From: Myxococcota bacterium | GTDB taxonomy: Bacteria; Myxococcota; XYA12-FULL-58-9; JALHOP01 | Reading direction: 5' to 3' | Length of the DNA stretch: 38,539 nucleotides | Assembly: GCA_041288095.1 (NCBI GenBank) | Contig: JBGGMJ010000055.1 | Span: 1 to 38,539, forward strand | Shown here: in pieces, positions 21,103-29,511 of the stretch | Layout: every line of letters begins with the position of its first letter | How positions within the stretch are numbered: the first letter of the stretch is position 1 | Translations under genes and position numbers: made by a program | Notes under the pieces: generated by a model | What the model saw: only the letters and a program-made list of their open reading frames with translations | The model's database searches: none | Told to the model about the DNA's origin: nothing

Positions 21103-21900
21103 ATGCTCGCTCTCGCCGCTGCCCTCGTCGTCGCTCAAGGCTCACCTTTCAAGGTCGACTGGTCGACGGATGGGCTGGTGACCGGCGCGCTGGGTCTCGT
21201 CTACGCGACGGCCGAGGAAGTGGTGAAGCCCGGCGTCGCGGGTCAGCGGGCGTGCCGTGCGGTCACCGAGGACATCTGCGACCCGGCTCAGCTCAACGCC
21301 CTTGACCGCCTCGTCCTCGACAATCAGTCGAGCAACTGGCGGCTCGCGAGCAACATCATCCAGTACGCGACGTTCGCGGTCGTGCTCGGGGCGACGGGCA
21401 TCGACGCGCATAACGACGACCAGCCCTTCGATAGCTGGGGGCGAGACAGCATCGTCTTCGCCGAGACCATCCTCGTGACGCAGCTGACGACGAACATCTT
21501 GAAGTACTCGATGCGACGCGCGCGGCCGTCGCAGTATCGGGTCGAGACCGACATCACGTTCGTGGAGGAGCAGCTCTCTTTTCCGTCGGGTCACACGTCG
21601 TCGGTCGCGGCGGCCTCGACCGCATACACGTTCGCTTTCGCGGAGCGACATCCCGACAGCCCGATGCGCTACGCGGTCGGCGGTATCGGAGCGGCGCTCA
21701 CCGTGCTCACCGGCTATGCCCGCGCCCAGTCCGGCCGGCACTTCTACACCGACGTCATCAGCGGCGCGGCGATCGGTCTCGCCATCGGCTACCTGGTACC
21801 TTGGATGCACCGGATGTCCCCGAATGCCACACGTGATGCATCCGCGGACGTGGCCAAGAGGTCTGGACCACCCATGGTGGGCTTTGGCATGGCTTTCTGA
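21103..21900 (+). CDS. PAP2-family phosphatase
   Basis: KYSMRRARP, SFPSGH, ARAQSGRHFYTDV (C1-C3 motifs); N-terminal signal-like stretch. Start set at ATG 21103. Confidence 0.9.
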   Translation: MLALAAALVVAQGSPFKVDWSTDGLVTGALGLVYATAEEVVKPGVAGQRACRAVTEDICDPAQLNALDRLVLDNQSSNWRLASNIIQYATFAVVLGATGIDAHNDDQPFDSWGRDSIVFAETILVTQLTTNILKYSMRRARPSQYRVETDITFVEEQLSFPSGHTSSVAAASTAYTFAFAERHPDSPMRYAVGGIGAALTVLTGYARAQSGRHFYTDVISGAAIGLAIGYLVPWMHRMSPNATRDASADVAKRSGPPMVGFGMAF

Positions 21901-21912
21901 AGCCTTCGACGT

Positions 21913-21928
21913 TGGCGTGGTTCGTGCT
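21913..21928 (+). promoter_or_regulatory. Sigma-54 -24/-12 promoter (DUF1469/DUF3618-like pair)
   Basis: TGGCGTGGTTCGTGCT, GG-N10-GC, 24 bp before the ATG; SD GAGGG. Confidence 0.6.
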
Positions 21929-21952
21929 CTCGCTTGGACGAGGGACTGAGCC

Positions 21953-22342
21953 ATGGCATCGACGACCCAACCCGATCAACGCACCCTGCCCGAGCTTCTT
22001 GGTGAGCTAGCGGGCGAGACCAAGAGCCTCGTCAAGAAGGAGCTCGAGCTGGCGCGCGCCGAGCTTTCCGCGAAAGCGGAGGATATGAAGCTGGCGGCGC
22101 TCGCGGCCATGAGCGGCCTCGCGCTGATGTTCTCCGGCGTCCTCATCCTGCTCTTCGGGGCGGTCTACGGCCTCGCCTTGAGCATGCCTCTATGGGTCGC
22201 CGCGCTCATCGTCGGAGCGATCGCGAGCGCCGGGGGTGTGTTGTTGCTGAAGGCCGGCGTGCCGGACAACAAGCCCGGGAAATCCGAGACCGAAAAATCG
22301 ATTCGCGAAAGCGCACAAGCCATCAAGGAAGAAATCACATGA
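21953..22342 (+). CDS. Phage holin family 6-like / DUF1469 (YqjE-like) membrane protein
   Basis: LPELLGELAGETKSLVKKELELARAEL followed by two TM helices. Confidence 0.85.
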   Translation: MASTTQPDQRTLPELLGELAGETKSLVKKELELARAELSAKAEDMKLAALAAMSGLALMFSGVLILLFGAVYGLALSMPLWVAALIVGAIASAGGVLLLKAGVPDNKPGKSETEKSIRESAQAIKEEIT

Positions 22343-22779
22343 GCCCCACCGACAACGATTCCCTCTTCGGCGAGCACCGTGACCCCGAAGAGATCCGCGA
22401 AGACATTCGCGAGACCACCAACGAGATCACCGAGACCATCGGCGCCATCCAGAGCAAGCTCGCGCCCGAGGCCCTGGTCGCCGAGGCCAAGGAAGAGGTC
22501 GTCGACCGAGCCATGTCGGTCGTCAACAACGCGCGCAACCATCCCGCGGCGCTCGCGGTGCTCGGGGTCGGTGCGGCGGTCGTCATCGGTCGGGCCATCG
22601 CCGGCGCGCGTGGAGGCGGGACGCTACTGACGCTGGCGTTGGGCGCCGTCATCGGGGCGGCCACCTATCGGGTGCTTTCCGGCGGCAATGCCCTCCGCGA
22701 AGAGGACGACCTCGACGGGACGTTGACGCAGGAGATCAATCCGAGCGCAGCGCTCCCAACGCGCGCAAGTCTCGAGTAG
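22339..22779 (+). CDS. DUF3618-like protein
   Basis: DPEEIREDIRETTNEITETIGAIQSKLAP, then RNHP + hydrophobic helices; ATGA overlap with the upstream gene. Confidence 0.8.
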   Translation: MSPTDNDSLFGEHRDPEEIREDIRETTNEITETIGAIQSKLAPEALVAEAKEEVVDRAMSVVNNARNHPAALAVLGVGAAVVIGRAIAGARGGGTLLTLALGAVIGAATYRVLSGGNALREEDDLDGTLTQEINPSAALPTRASLE

Positions 22780-23452
22780 CAGCCTCCGCCCAGCCGCGGT
22801 TGGCTAGCGGGCTCGCGGGGCTCGGGTGCAAGATGCGTCCAGTGACGACATCGACGCCCTGTAAAGCCGCGTCGGCGCGTTGGTGCGCGAAGGCACCGAC
22901 GCCGATGACCATGGGTGCCTTCAAGGCTTTCACGATCGCGAGAAGCGCGCGGTCACAGACGGCATAGAGTGCCGCGGCCTCGCGTGCCGGCAGCTTGTCC
23001 GGGGTGAAGTTCTTGCCGCTCTCCTCCATGAAGACGAGGGGGCAATAGTTGACGACGAAGTAGCGCGCGAAGAACGCTTCCGGGGTCTTGAAGGTGTCGC
23101 GGGCCCAGCCCCAGAGTCGGGCGCCGCTGACCTCACTCTTGGTGCAGGCGAGGCCGGTGATCGGGCGCTTCGGGTTCTCCCGCTTGGGCTTGCCGACGCT
23201 GCCGTCGAGACGGAGCCAGTCACGGACGATGTTGACCTCGCCGAAGGGCACGCCGGTTTGAGCCATGCCGAACGGGCCGGGGTTCATCCCCAAAAGCACG
23301 ACCGGTCGGTCGCCGCCGCCGAACTGGGTGAGGTACTTGGCGTGGACGTCCCAGGCGTAGGTCAGCGGGTTGTAGACGTGGGTGATGGGCGCGGCGAAGC
23401 GCAGCTTCTCGACGGCGTCCCGTAGCTCGCCGGTGATGTCGACCAGGCTCAT
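22736..23452 (-). CDS. smug1: SMUG1-family (family 3) uracil-DNA glycosylase
   Basis: VYNPL.YAW, LGMNPGPFGMAQTGVPFG, SEVSG.RLW, NYCPL, LHPSPASP; start probably MSLVD at 23452. Confidence 0.93.
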   Translation of the reverse strand: MSLVDITGELRDAVEKLRFAAPITHVYNPLTYAWDVHAKYLTQFGGGDRPVVLLGMNPGPFGMAQTGVPFGEVNIVRDWLRLDGSVGKPKRENPKRPITGLACTKSEVSGARLWGWARDTFKTPEAFFARYFVVNYCPLVFMEESGKNFTPDKLPAREAAALYAVCDRALLAIVKALKAPMVIGVGAFAHQRADAALQGVDVVTGRILHPSPASPLANRGWAEAATRDLRALGALRSD

Positions 23453-23615
23453 GGCGGCGATGTCTGCCATCGCGTGACGGCCATCACAAGGCATCGCGCG
23501 ACCACGACAACGTCCGGACACGTACACGTGTCCGACGTGACATTGCCGTCAGAGTTGTCGGACAGCTCACGCCGCTGGGAGCCCGCCAAACCGCTATCTT
23601 TGGCGTTCTGGCGGG

Positions 23616-23631
23616 TGGCACGGTTGATGCT
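23616..23631 (+). promoter_or_regulatory. Sigma-54 -24/-12 promoter (PGPGW gene)
   Basis: TGGCACGGTTGATGCT, near consensus. Confidence 0.75.
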
Positions 23632-23705
23632 CATAGATCAGCACGCGACGCCGCAACGAAGGTTGCCGCGGAGCCGATGATCTAAAGAAGGACTTAAGTA
23701 TCGCG

Positions 23706-23963
23706 ATGGAAGCCACGATCAAATCCGTACGTAAGATCGGCATCATCATCGCCGGGCTGTCCCTTCTTGCCCTCGGTGTGGTGATGTTGGTCCTTCCGGG
23801 GCCCGGCGTCCTCTTCATCATCGCGGGGCTCACCGTCCTCGCCAAACAGTTCCGCTGGGCCGAGATCATGCTCACCCGAGTGAAGTACTGGGTCGCGAGC
23901 TTCATGACGTCTCTGCGCCGCGCCCTCGGCGACAAGCATGGCGCCCTGGTGAAGCGGGCCTGA
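23706..23963 (+). CDS. PGPGW-domain small membrane protein
   Basis: GVVMLVLPGPGVLFIIAGLTVLAKQFRWA. Confidence 0.88.
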   Translation: MEATIKSVRKIGIIIAGLSLLALGVVMLVLPGPGVLFIIAGLTVLAKQFRWAEIMLTRVKYWVASFMTSLRRALGDKHGALVKRA

Positions 23964-23980
23964 TATAGGCGGTCGCTCGG

Positions 23981-24901
23981 ATGCCCGAGCTGCCCGACAT
24001 CACGGTCTACGTCGAACGTCTGCGAGCTTACGCCGTGGGCGCGACGGTCGATCGGTTGCGGCTGCTCTCGCCGTTCGTCCTGCGCACCGTCGAGCCGCCT
24101 GTGACCGCCGCCTCGGGACGGACCGTCAAAGCCGTAAGCTCCATCGGCAAGCGCATCGTCATCGAGCTCGAAGGCGAGCTTTTCATCGTCGTTCACCTGA
24201 TGATCGCGGGACGCCTGCGCTGGCGGGAGCCCGGACCCTTGGCGGCGAACAAGCTGGCCCTGGCCCAGTTCGAGCTCTCCACCGGGACCGTGCTGCTCAC
24301 CGAAGCGAGCCCCAAGAAACGCGCCTCGATTCACCTCATCCAAGGTCGCGAAGGCCTCGCCGAGCATGACCGGGGCGGCATCGACGTGTTCGCCGCGGCG
24401 GACGCAGCCATCGCCGCGGCCCTGCGGCGCGACAATCATACGGTGAAGCGCGCCCTCACCGACCCGACCGTGCTCTCCGGCATCGGCAACGCCTACTCGG
24501 ACGAGATCCTCCACCACGCGCGGCTCTCGCCCTTCAAGCAGACCCAAAAACTCTCCGACGACGAGATGGCGATGCTCATTGTCTCGATGCGAGCCGTCCT
24601 GCGCGAATGGACCGACAGGCTGCGCGCCGAGGTCGGCGAAGGCTTTCCCGACAAAGTGACGGCCTTTCACGACGCCATGGCCGTGCATGGCCGCTATGGC
24701 AAACCATGTCCGCGCTGTGGCGCGACCGTGCAGCGCATCCGCTACGCCGACAACGAGGCCAATTACTGCGCCAAGTGTCAGAACGCCGGGAAGCTCCTAG
24801 CCGACCGCTCGTTGTCCCAGCTCCTCAAGAAAGACTGGCCGAAGACGCTCGACGACCTCGAGACCCTGAAGAGGGACGCGCGCGCAAAAGCGGGCAATTG
24901 A
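23981..24901 (+). CDS. Fpg/Nei-family DNA glycosylase (Fpg2-like subfamily)
   Basis: N-terminal PELP, GKR, HLMIAGR, H2TH SGIGNAYSDEILH, Zn finger CPRC...CAKCQ, tail GKLLADRSLSQLLK. Confidence 0.93.
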   Translation: MPELPDITVYVERLRAYAVGATVDRLRLLSPFVLRTVEPPVTAASGRTVKAVSSIGKRIVIELEGELFIVVHLMIAGRLRWREPGPLAANKLALAQFELSTGTVLLTEASPKKRASIHLIQGREGLAEHDRGGIDVFAAADAAIAAALRRDNHTVKRALTDPTVLSGIGNAYSDEILHHARLSPFKQTQKLSDDEMAMLIVSMRAVLREWTDRLRAEVGEGFPDKVTAFHDAMAVHGRYGKPCPRCGATVQRIRYADNEANYCAKCQNAGKLLADRSLSQLLKKDWPKTLDDLETLKRDARAKAGN

Positions 24902-24985
24902 CGCGTTTTGGTGTCCGCTGGCGCGTTTTGCCGCCGGCTCGCACCCCCATCTTCGCCACACGGCTCAGCGGACCGCTTTCGCGTC

Positions 24986-25001
24986 CGGCACACCTCTTGC
25001 C
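24986..25001 (+). promoter_or_regulatory. Sigma-54 -24/-12 promoter (DUF4398-OmpA operon)
   Basis: CGGCACACCTCTTGCC, GG-N10-GC. Confidence 0.7.
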
Positions 25002-25027
25002 ATGCATGGACCGGGGGGAACCAACCA

Positions 25028-25426
25028 ATGAAACTCAGACTCACGACTGCTTTGCTGTTGGGTCTCGGAGCCGTTGCCTGTGCATCGGTACCGGTACCGT
25101 CAGACCAACTCGCGGCCGCGCAAGCCAACATCTCGCGCGCGCAACAGATGGGCGCCGCTGAAAACACCGACGCGGCTTACCACCTGCGCCTCGCGGAGCA
25201 GCAGCTCGGCGAAGGCCAGAAGCTGATCGCCGACGACGACAACCTCGAAGCGAAATACGTGCTCAAGCGCGCCGCGGCGGACGGCGAGCTCGCCATGGCC
25301 ATCGCCGGCTACGGCACTGCCTCGACCGAGGCCGACCAGGCTCGTCTGCGATTGCAGACGCTGAAAGCACGCGACAACACCAACGCGGTCGAAAGCGACC
25401 GCACGATGCAGGGGAACCAGCCATGA
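25028..25426 (+). CDS. DUF4398 lipoprotein
   Basis: MKLRLTTALLLGLGAVA-CAS lipobox; A.YHL.LAEQQL...RAAADGELA; start ATG 25028 after GGGGGGAA. Confidence 0.85.
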   Translation: MKLRLTTALLLGLGAVACASVPVPSDQLAAAQANISRAQQMGAAENTDAAYHLRLAEQQLGEGQKLIADDDNLEAKYVLKRAAADGELAMAIAGYGTASTEADQARLRLQTLKARDNTNAVESDRTMQGNQP

Positions 25427-26274
25427 AGCTCATGAACGCACTCGCCGCGGCAGGCCTACTAGCCTCGCCGTTCGCTTTCGCGGCCTGCTCGGCGCACACA
25501 CCCGACGCCCTCGCCCAGGCGCGTCAGGAGTATCAGCTCGCCGCGCAAGGCCCAGCCGCCAAATACGCTCCAGGTGAGCTCGCCGCCGCCAAGGAAGCCT
25601 TGGACCGCGCCGAGGTCGCCTTCGATGACGATGACGACAATCAGACGGCGTATGACTTGGCGTACATCGCCGACCGCAAGGCGCGCGTCGCCACCACCAA
25701 GGGCGGCATCGCCATGCAACAAGAGCAGCAACGTGTCGCCGACGCTCAGGCCGCGAGCATTCGCGACCAGATGTCGGACGCGCAGCGGGCACAGCTCGCG
25801 GCGGCTCGCGCCGAGAGCGACGACGCCCTCCGCCGTGCTCGCGAAGCCGAGCTCGCTTTGCAGCAAGCCGGCGCGGTGCGTGAGACCGAGCGCGGCAAGG
25901 TGATCACGCTGCAAGGCAACGTGCTGTTCAAGACCGGTCGCTCGGATCTGCTGCCCGGCGCGAAAGAGAGCCTCGATCAAGTGGCCTCGGTGCTGACCAA
26001 TGCGCGGGACCGCCAGCTCACCATCGAAGGCTACACGGATTCGCGTGGCACCGATGCCGCCAACCAGCGGCTCTCGGAAGCACGCGCGTATTCTGTCCGC
26101 GACTATCTCGCGAGTCGCGGCGTGAACCCGGATCAGCTCCGCGTCCAAGGCATGGGTGAATCGGCGCCGATCGCCGACAACCGCACGGCCGATGGGCGCG
26201 CCATGAATCGTCGCGTCGAGATCGTCGTCGGCAACGAGCCGGCCACGATGGGCGCGAGTCGCACGACGCCCTAG
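25423..26274 (+). CDS. DUF4398 + OmpA-like peptidoglycan-binding lipoprotein
   Basis: Lipobox FAA-C; coiled region; VLFKTG, IEGYTDSRG, NQRLSEARA, GRAMNRRVEIV. Confidence 0.92.
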   Translation: MKLMNALAAAGLLASPFAFAACSAHTPDALAQARQEYQLAAQGPAAKYAPGELAAAKEALDRAEVAFDDDDDNQTAYDLAYIADRKARVATTKGGIAMQQEQQRVADAQAASIRDQMSDAQRAQLAAARAESDDALRRAREAELALQQAGAVRETERGKVITLQGNVLFKTGRSDLLPGAKESLDQVASVLTNARDRQLTIEGYTDSRGTDAANQRLSEARAYSVRDYLASRGVNPDQLRVQGMGESAPIADNRTADGRAMNRRVEIVVGNEPATMGASRTTP

Positions 26275-26299
26275 CCTTCTCAGAGACTGAGCGTCGTAC

Positions 26300-26345
26300 A
26301 ACGCGCGTCGCCGGCTTCATTGCCGCGGCGCGCGTTTTCGTTTTT
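26300..26345 (+). terminator. Rho-independent terminator
   Basis: AACGCGCGTCGC...GCGGCGCGCGTT stem (one G-U) followed by TTCGTTTTT. Confidence 0.7.
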
Positions 26346-26461
26346 GGGCTCGCAGGAGGACTGACGCGGTGGCGCGGAATGACACGGGTGGCGGGCCAGA
26401 GTGGCGCTCCTCGCCACACTACGCGCTATTGGCCGCTCGCAAACCCGTGATTTCGCGTGAG

Positions 26462-26477
26462 CGGCACGTGCCTTGCT
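26462..26477 (+). promoter_or_regulatory. Sigma-54 -24/-12 promoter (BON gene)
   Basis: CGGCACGTGCCTTGCT, near consensus. Confidence 0.8.
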
Positions 26478-26524
26478 GTGAGTAACGCCGCAAATAGCAG
26501 TACTTCAACTTGGGAGCATTTCGT

Positions 26525-27688
26525 ATGCGCACTAGGATTCTCAACAGCCTCGCCCTCTCGGGCATTCTTCTTTCGGGTGTGGCCTTCGCGACGCCCGCTC
26601 ACGCGGCACCAGACGGCTGGATCACCACGAAGGCAAAGCTGCAGCTGCTCACCTCTGATGGCGTCAGCGGCACGAACATCAACGTCGACACCAACGACGG
26701 CGCCGTCGTCCTGCACGGCAAAGTCCCCACCGAGATGGAGAAGCACCGCGCCGAGGCACTGACGCGCGAGATCGACGGCGTGAAGTCGGTGAAGAATCTT
26801 TTGCAGGTCGTACCGCCGAGCCAGGAGAAGGTCGTCAAGCAGGCCGACGAGAAGATCAAGGACGCGGCCGAGAAAGCCATCAAAGCAGACAAGGCGTTCG
26901 GTGACGTGAGCGTCGTCTCGGTCAACGAGGGCGTCGTCTTGCTGCGTGGCGAGACCGATAGCCTCGATCAGCACCTACGCGCGGTACGTCAGGTAGCGCG
27001 CATCAATGGCGTGCGCCGTGTCGCCTCGGAGATCAAGACCGACGACGACCGGACTCTGGCCAGCGCGACGACCGCGGGCACCACGGTCCGTGATGGCACC
27101 TCGGTCCGTGAAGACGCGAAGAACAACGCGCGCGAGGCCGGCCGTGACATCACCGCCAAGACCAACGAGGTCACCGACAAGAGCAAGGAGAAGTGGGATT
27201 CGGCGAAGGACCATACGCGCGAGGCCGGTCACAAGACCGCGAGCACCAGCAGTGACGCGCGCATCACCTCGGCCGCGAAGCTTCGCATGATCGGCGACTC
27301 GAAGGTGCCGGCGCTCGACGTCAACGTCGACACCGACGACGGCGTGGTCACCCTGTTCGGCATCGTCCCGAACGCCGCCGCCAAGGCTGCCGCCGAAGCG
27401 GACGTGCGCAAGGTCAGCGGCGTGGTCCGCGTGAAGAATGAGCTCCAAGTGGTCGCCAACTCGGAGCGCAAAGTCATCGCCGCCAAGGACGATGACATCG
27501 AGAAGAACGTCTCGGGTGCGTTCAAGAACCTGAAGGACTTCGAGAAGGTCGACGTCGACGCCAAGAACGGCGTGGTGCGTCTGACCGGCGAAGTGGCGAC
27601 ACTGAGCGACAAGGTACGGGCGGCAACGATTGCTCGTTCGCAAACCGGTGTGCGTGCGGTCGAGGAGGATCTGAAGGTGGAGCGCTAA
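26525..27688 (+). CDS. Secreted BON-domain (OsmY-like) protein, four BON domains
   Basis: Signal ...PAHA|AP; DGWITTKAK...INVDTNDGAVVLHG and DARITSAAK...VNVDTDDGVVTLFG, each followed by a second BON domain; SD GGAG before ATG 26525. Confidence 0.92.
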   Translation: MRTRILNSLALSGILLSGVAFATPAHAAPDGWITTKAKLQLLTSDGVSGTNINVDTNDGAVVLHGKVPTEMEKHRAEALTREIDGVKSVKNLLQVVPPSQEKVVKQADEKIKDAAEKAIKADKAFGDVSVVSVNEGVVLLRGETDSLDQHLRAVRQVARINGVRRVASEIKTDDDRTLASATTAGTTVRDGTSVREDAKNNAREAGRDITAKTNEVTDKSKEKWDSAKDHTREAGHKTASTSSDARITSAAKLRMIGDSKVPALDVNVDTDDGVVTLFGIVPNAAAKAAAEADVRKVSGVVRVKNELQVVANSERKVIAAKDDDIEKNVSGAFKNLKDFEKVDVDAKNGVVRLTGEVATLSDKVRAATIARSQTGVRAVEEDLKVER

Positions 27689-27803
27689 GGGGGGCCGGTA
27701 GGGCAGCTTGCGGGGCTTGTACGCAGTCCTTGCCTGCCGCCGCTACGCCACGGTGCGTGAATAGAATTGGCGGGCTCACTACGGGTGCCTGTCGGGGGTG
27801 ATC

Positions 27804-27850
27804 GAGGAAGCCTGCTGCGCTGATGTGCGCGGCGGGCTTCCTCCTTTTTT
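27804..27850 (+). terminator. Rho-independent terminator between the BON gene and the convergent BGC
   Basis: 17-bp stem GAGGAAGCCTGCTGCGC / GCGCGGCGGGCTTCCTC (G-U pairs on + strand) followed by CTTTTTT. Confidence 0.8.
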
Positions 27851-27853
27851 GGC

Positions 27854-28741
27854 CTACGAAGGGAAGCTGGCGCTCATCCAAGCGGCGAGGTGCTCGATGA
27901 GCAAGGCGCGGTCGCGGCCGAACGAGAACAGATGGTCCGCCGCGTAGTAATACGCGTTGCTGACCGCTTTCGAAGACGCGAGGTTCGGGAACATCTCGAA
28001 GAGCTGATTCTTCCCGTTGTAGCTATGATCGACTTCACCAGTGAAAGCGAAGAAGAGCTTGGTGCCACGGGCCACCATTGCGTCGAAGTCGCCGGCGAGC
28101 TCCTCGAGCGGCGGATACCCGCGAACGAAAATCTCGTCCACCTCGCCTGTTTCACGCACACCCTTGGTTGCCGCGGCCCACTTGTAGATCCACCGCCGCC
28201 TCACGAAGCGCCGCCAGCGCGCAAGCTGTAGCCAGCGTCGCGTCACATAGCGCAGCCGGAAGCCCGCGGTGCGGTAAGCATAGCCGTCGAGGAACACCGC
28301 GCCGGCGACATTGGTGTTGCGGACGCTGAAGCGGTGCGCTGCGTCGACCCCCGAGCACAGGGCCATGGGCACGAAGCGCGTGGCGCCGGTGCGTTCGCCG
28401 AGCATGGCCGCCGCGTCGTTGAGATCGAGGACCGCCCGCTCGATATCGGAGACGGTCTCGCGGCGCGGCTCGCTGTCACCCAGGCCGGCGCTGTCGAAGC
28501 GCAACGTCGTGAAGCCGAGGCCGGCGAGCTTACGGGCAAGCTCGACCCAGACTCTGAACGGACCTACGTGATGGTTGAGCCCGACGTTCGTCAGTAGCAC
28601 GACTGGAGCACCGGCTATCGCCTTGTCGGGCGCGGGCTCCGTGAGCACCCCCACCAAGCCGCCGTGGGCGCCAAAACGCATCGCCCGCTCACGGTAAGGC
28701 CAGGCGGCTGCTGTTTCCGCGGACGCCTGCGCTGCGTTCAT
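27854..28741 (-). CDS. Alpha/beta-hydrolase with Cys at the nucleophile elbow (resembles 'exosortase A system-associated hydrolase 1' type)
   Basis: LVGVLTEP, NVGLNHHVGPFR..VELAR, RFDSAGLGDS, MALCSG, ADHLF. Confidence 0.8.
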   Translation of the reverse strand: MNAAQASAETAAAWPYRERAMRFGAHGGLVGVLTEPAPDKAIAGAPVVLLTNVGLNHHVGPFRVWVELARKLAGLGFTTLRFDSAGLGDSEPRRETVSDIERAVLDLNDAAAMLGERTGATRFVPMALCSGVDAAHRFSVRNTNVAGAVFLDGYAYRTAGFRLRYVTRRWLQLARWRRFVRRRWIYKWAAATKGVRETGEVDEIFVRGYPPLEELAGDFDAMVARGTKLFFAFTGEVDHSYNGKNQLFEMFPNLASSKAVSNAYYYAADHLFSFGRDRALLIEHLAAWMSASFPS

Positions 28742-29499
28742 GGCTCCTCGAGAGATCGCACGATGGTTTGCAGCGCCGCCGTGGACAGGAGCGTCGCCTC
28801 GGGCATCGATCCGCTCGCTTCGTCTCGCACCTCGGCGCGCTTGGCCGCAAGCCCCGCCGCGGTCAGTCGCTCGATGAGCTGCGCATGCTCGGGACGCTCT
28901 TCGCTGGCGACGAGGACCGTTCGCTTCGCCTTGGGTTGGCCCGCGAGCATGTCGACTGCGCGGGTGTCCCGAGCGAGCTTCTCAGGGAAGGGAAAGCCGA
29001 CCAGCTCATCCGCCGCCGCGCGGGCGTGGTAGAGCAAACGCGCGAACTTGCGAGTGCCGACGGCCATCAAACCCTCGACGTACTCGTCACCCTTGACGAC
29101 CGGCTCCCAGAGGACGAGATCGCGGACGACCACGCCCTCCGCGGTCGCCTGCGCGGCCAGCGTCGCGCCCAGACGCAAGCCCACGACCGACACGTGATTG
29201 ACGCCGGACATGTCCTTGAGCTCGGCGGTGGCCAATCCGATATCGCGGCGCCAGTCAGCGAGGGCCGCGTCACGGCTCTCCCCCGCCGAGTCGCCGGTGC
29301 ACGAGTAATCGAAGCGAAGCACGTGAAAGCCGCGCTGCGAGAGCAAAGACGCGAGCCGGCGCATCGCCCAGTGCGTGCGCATGTACTCTTGGGGGGCCGG
29401 CGAGCACATGACGACGCCGACGTCGCGGGGCGAAGCCCTTGGCGGATGATAAACGCCGTAGAGTTGTCGTTCGGATGGGCCAAAGAAAGTTGGGTTCAT
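28738..29499 (-). CDS. Alpha/beta-hydrolase-fold protein with GLRLG elbow (resembles 'exosortase A system-associated hydrolase 2' type)
   Basis: FFG...LYGVYHPP, QEYMRTH, LRFDYSCTGDSAG, VGLRLGATLA, LVLWEPVVKG. Confidence 0.8.
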   Translation of the reverse strand: MNPTFFGPSERQLYGVYHPPRASPRDVGVVMCSPAPQEYMRTHWAMRRLASLLSQRGFHVLRFDYSCTGDSAGESRDAALADWRRDIGLATAELKDMSGVNHVSVVGLRLGATLAAQATAEGVVVRDLVLWEPVVKGDEYVEGLMAVGTRKFARLLYHARAAADELVGFPFPEKLARDTRAVDMLAGQPKAKRTVLVASEERPEHAQLIERLTAAGLAAKRAEVRDEASGSMPEATLLSTAALQTIVRSLEEP

Positions 29500-29511
29500 C
29501 CACCGTCGCCG

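Noticed and set aside
21953-22342. Holin-family gene as evidence of a prophage
   Set aside because: No phage genes nearby; this family with a DUF3618-like partner is a common chromosomal stress-associated membrane pair.
22736-22779. 44-bp convergent overlap of the DUF3618-like gene and smug1
   Set aside because: Short tail-to-tail overlaps are common in high-GC genomes; nothing indicates function.
27689-27760. Imperfect hairpin beginning GTAGGGCAG downstream of the BON gene, possibly REP-like
   Set aside because: Many mismatches, single copy in the window; not distinguishable from chance in GC-rich DNA.
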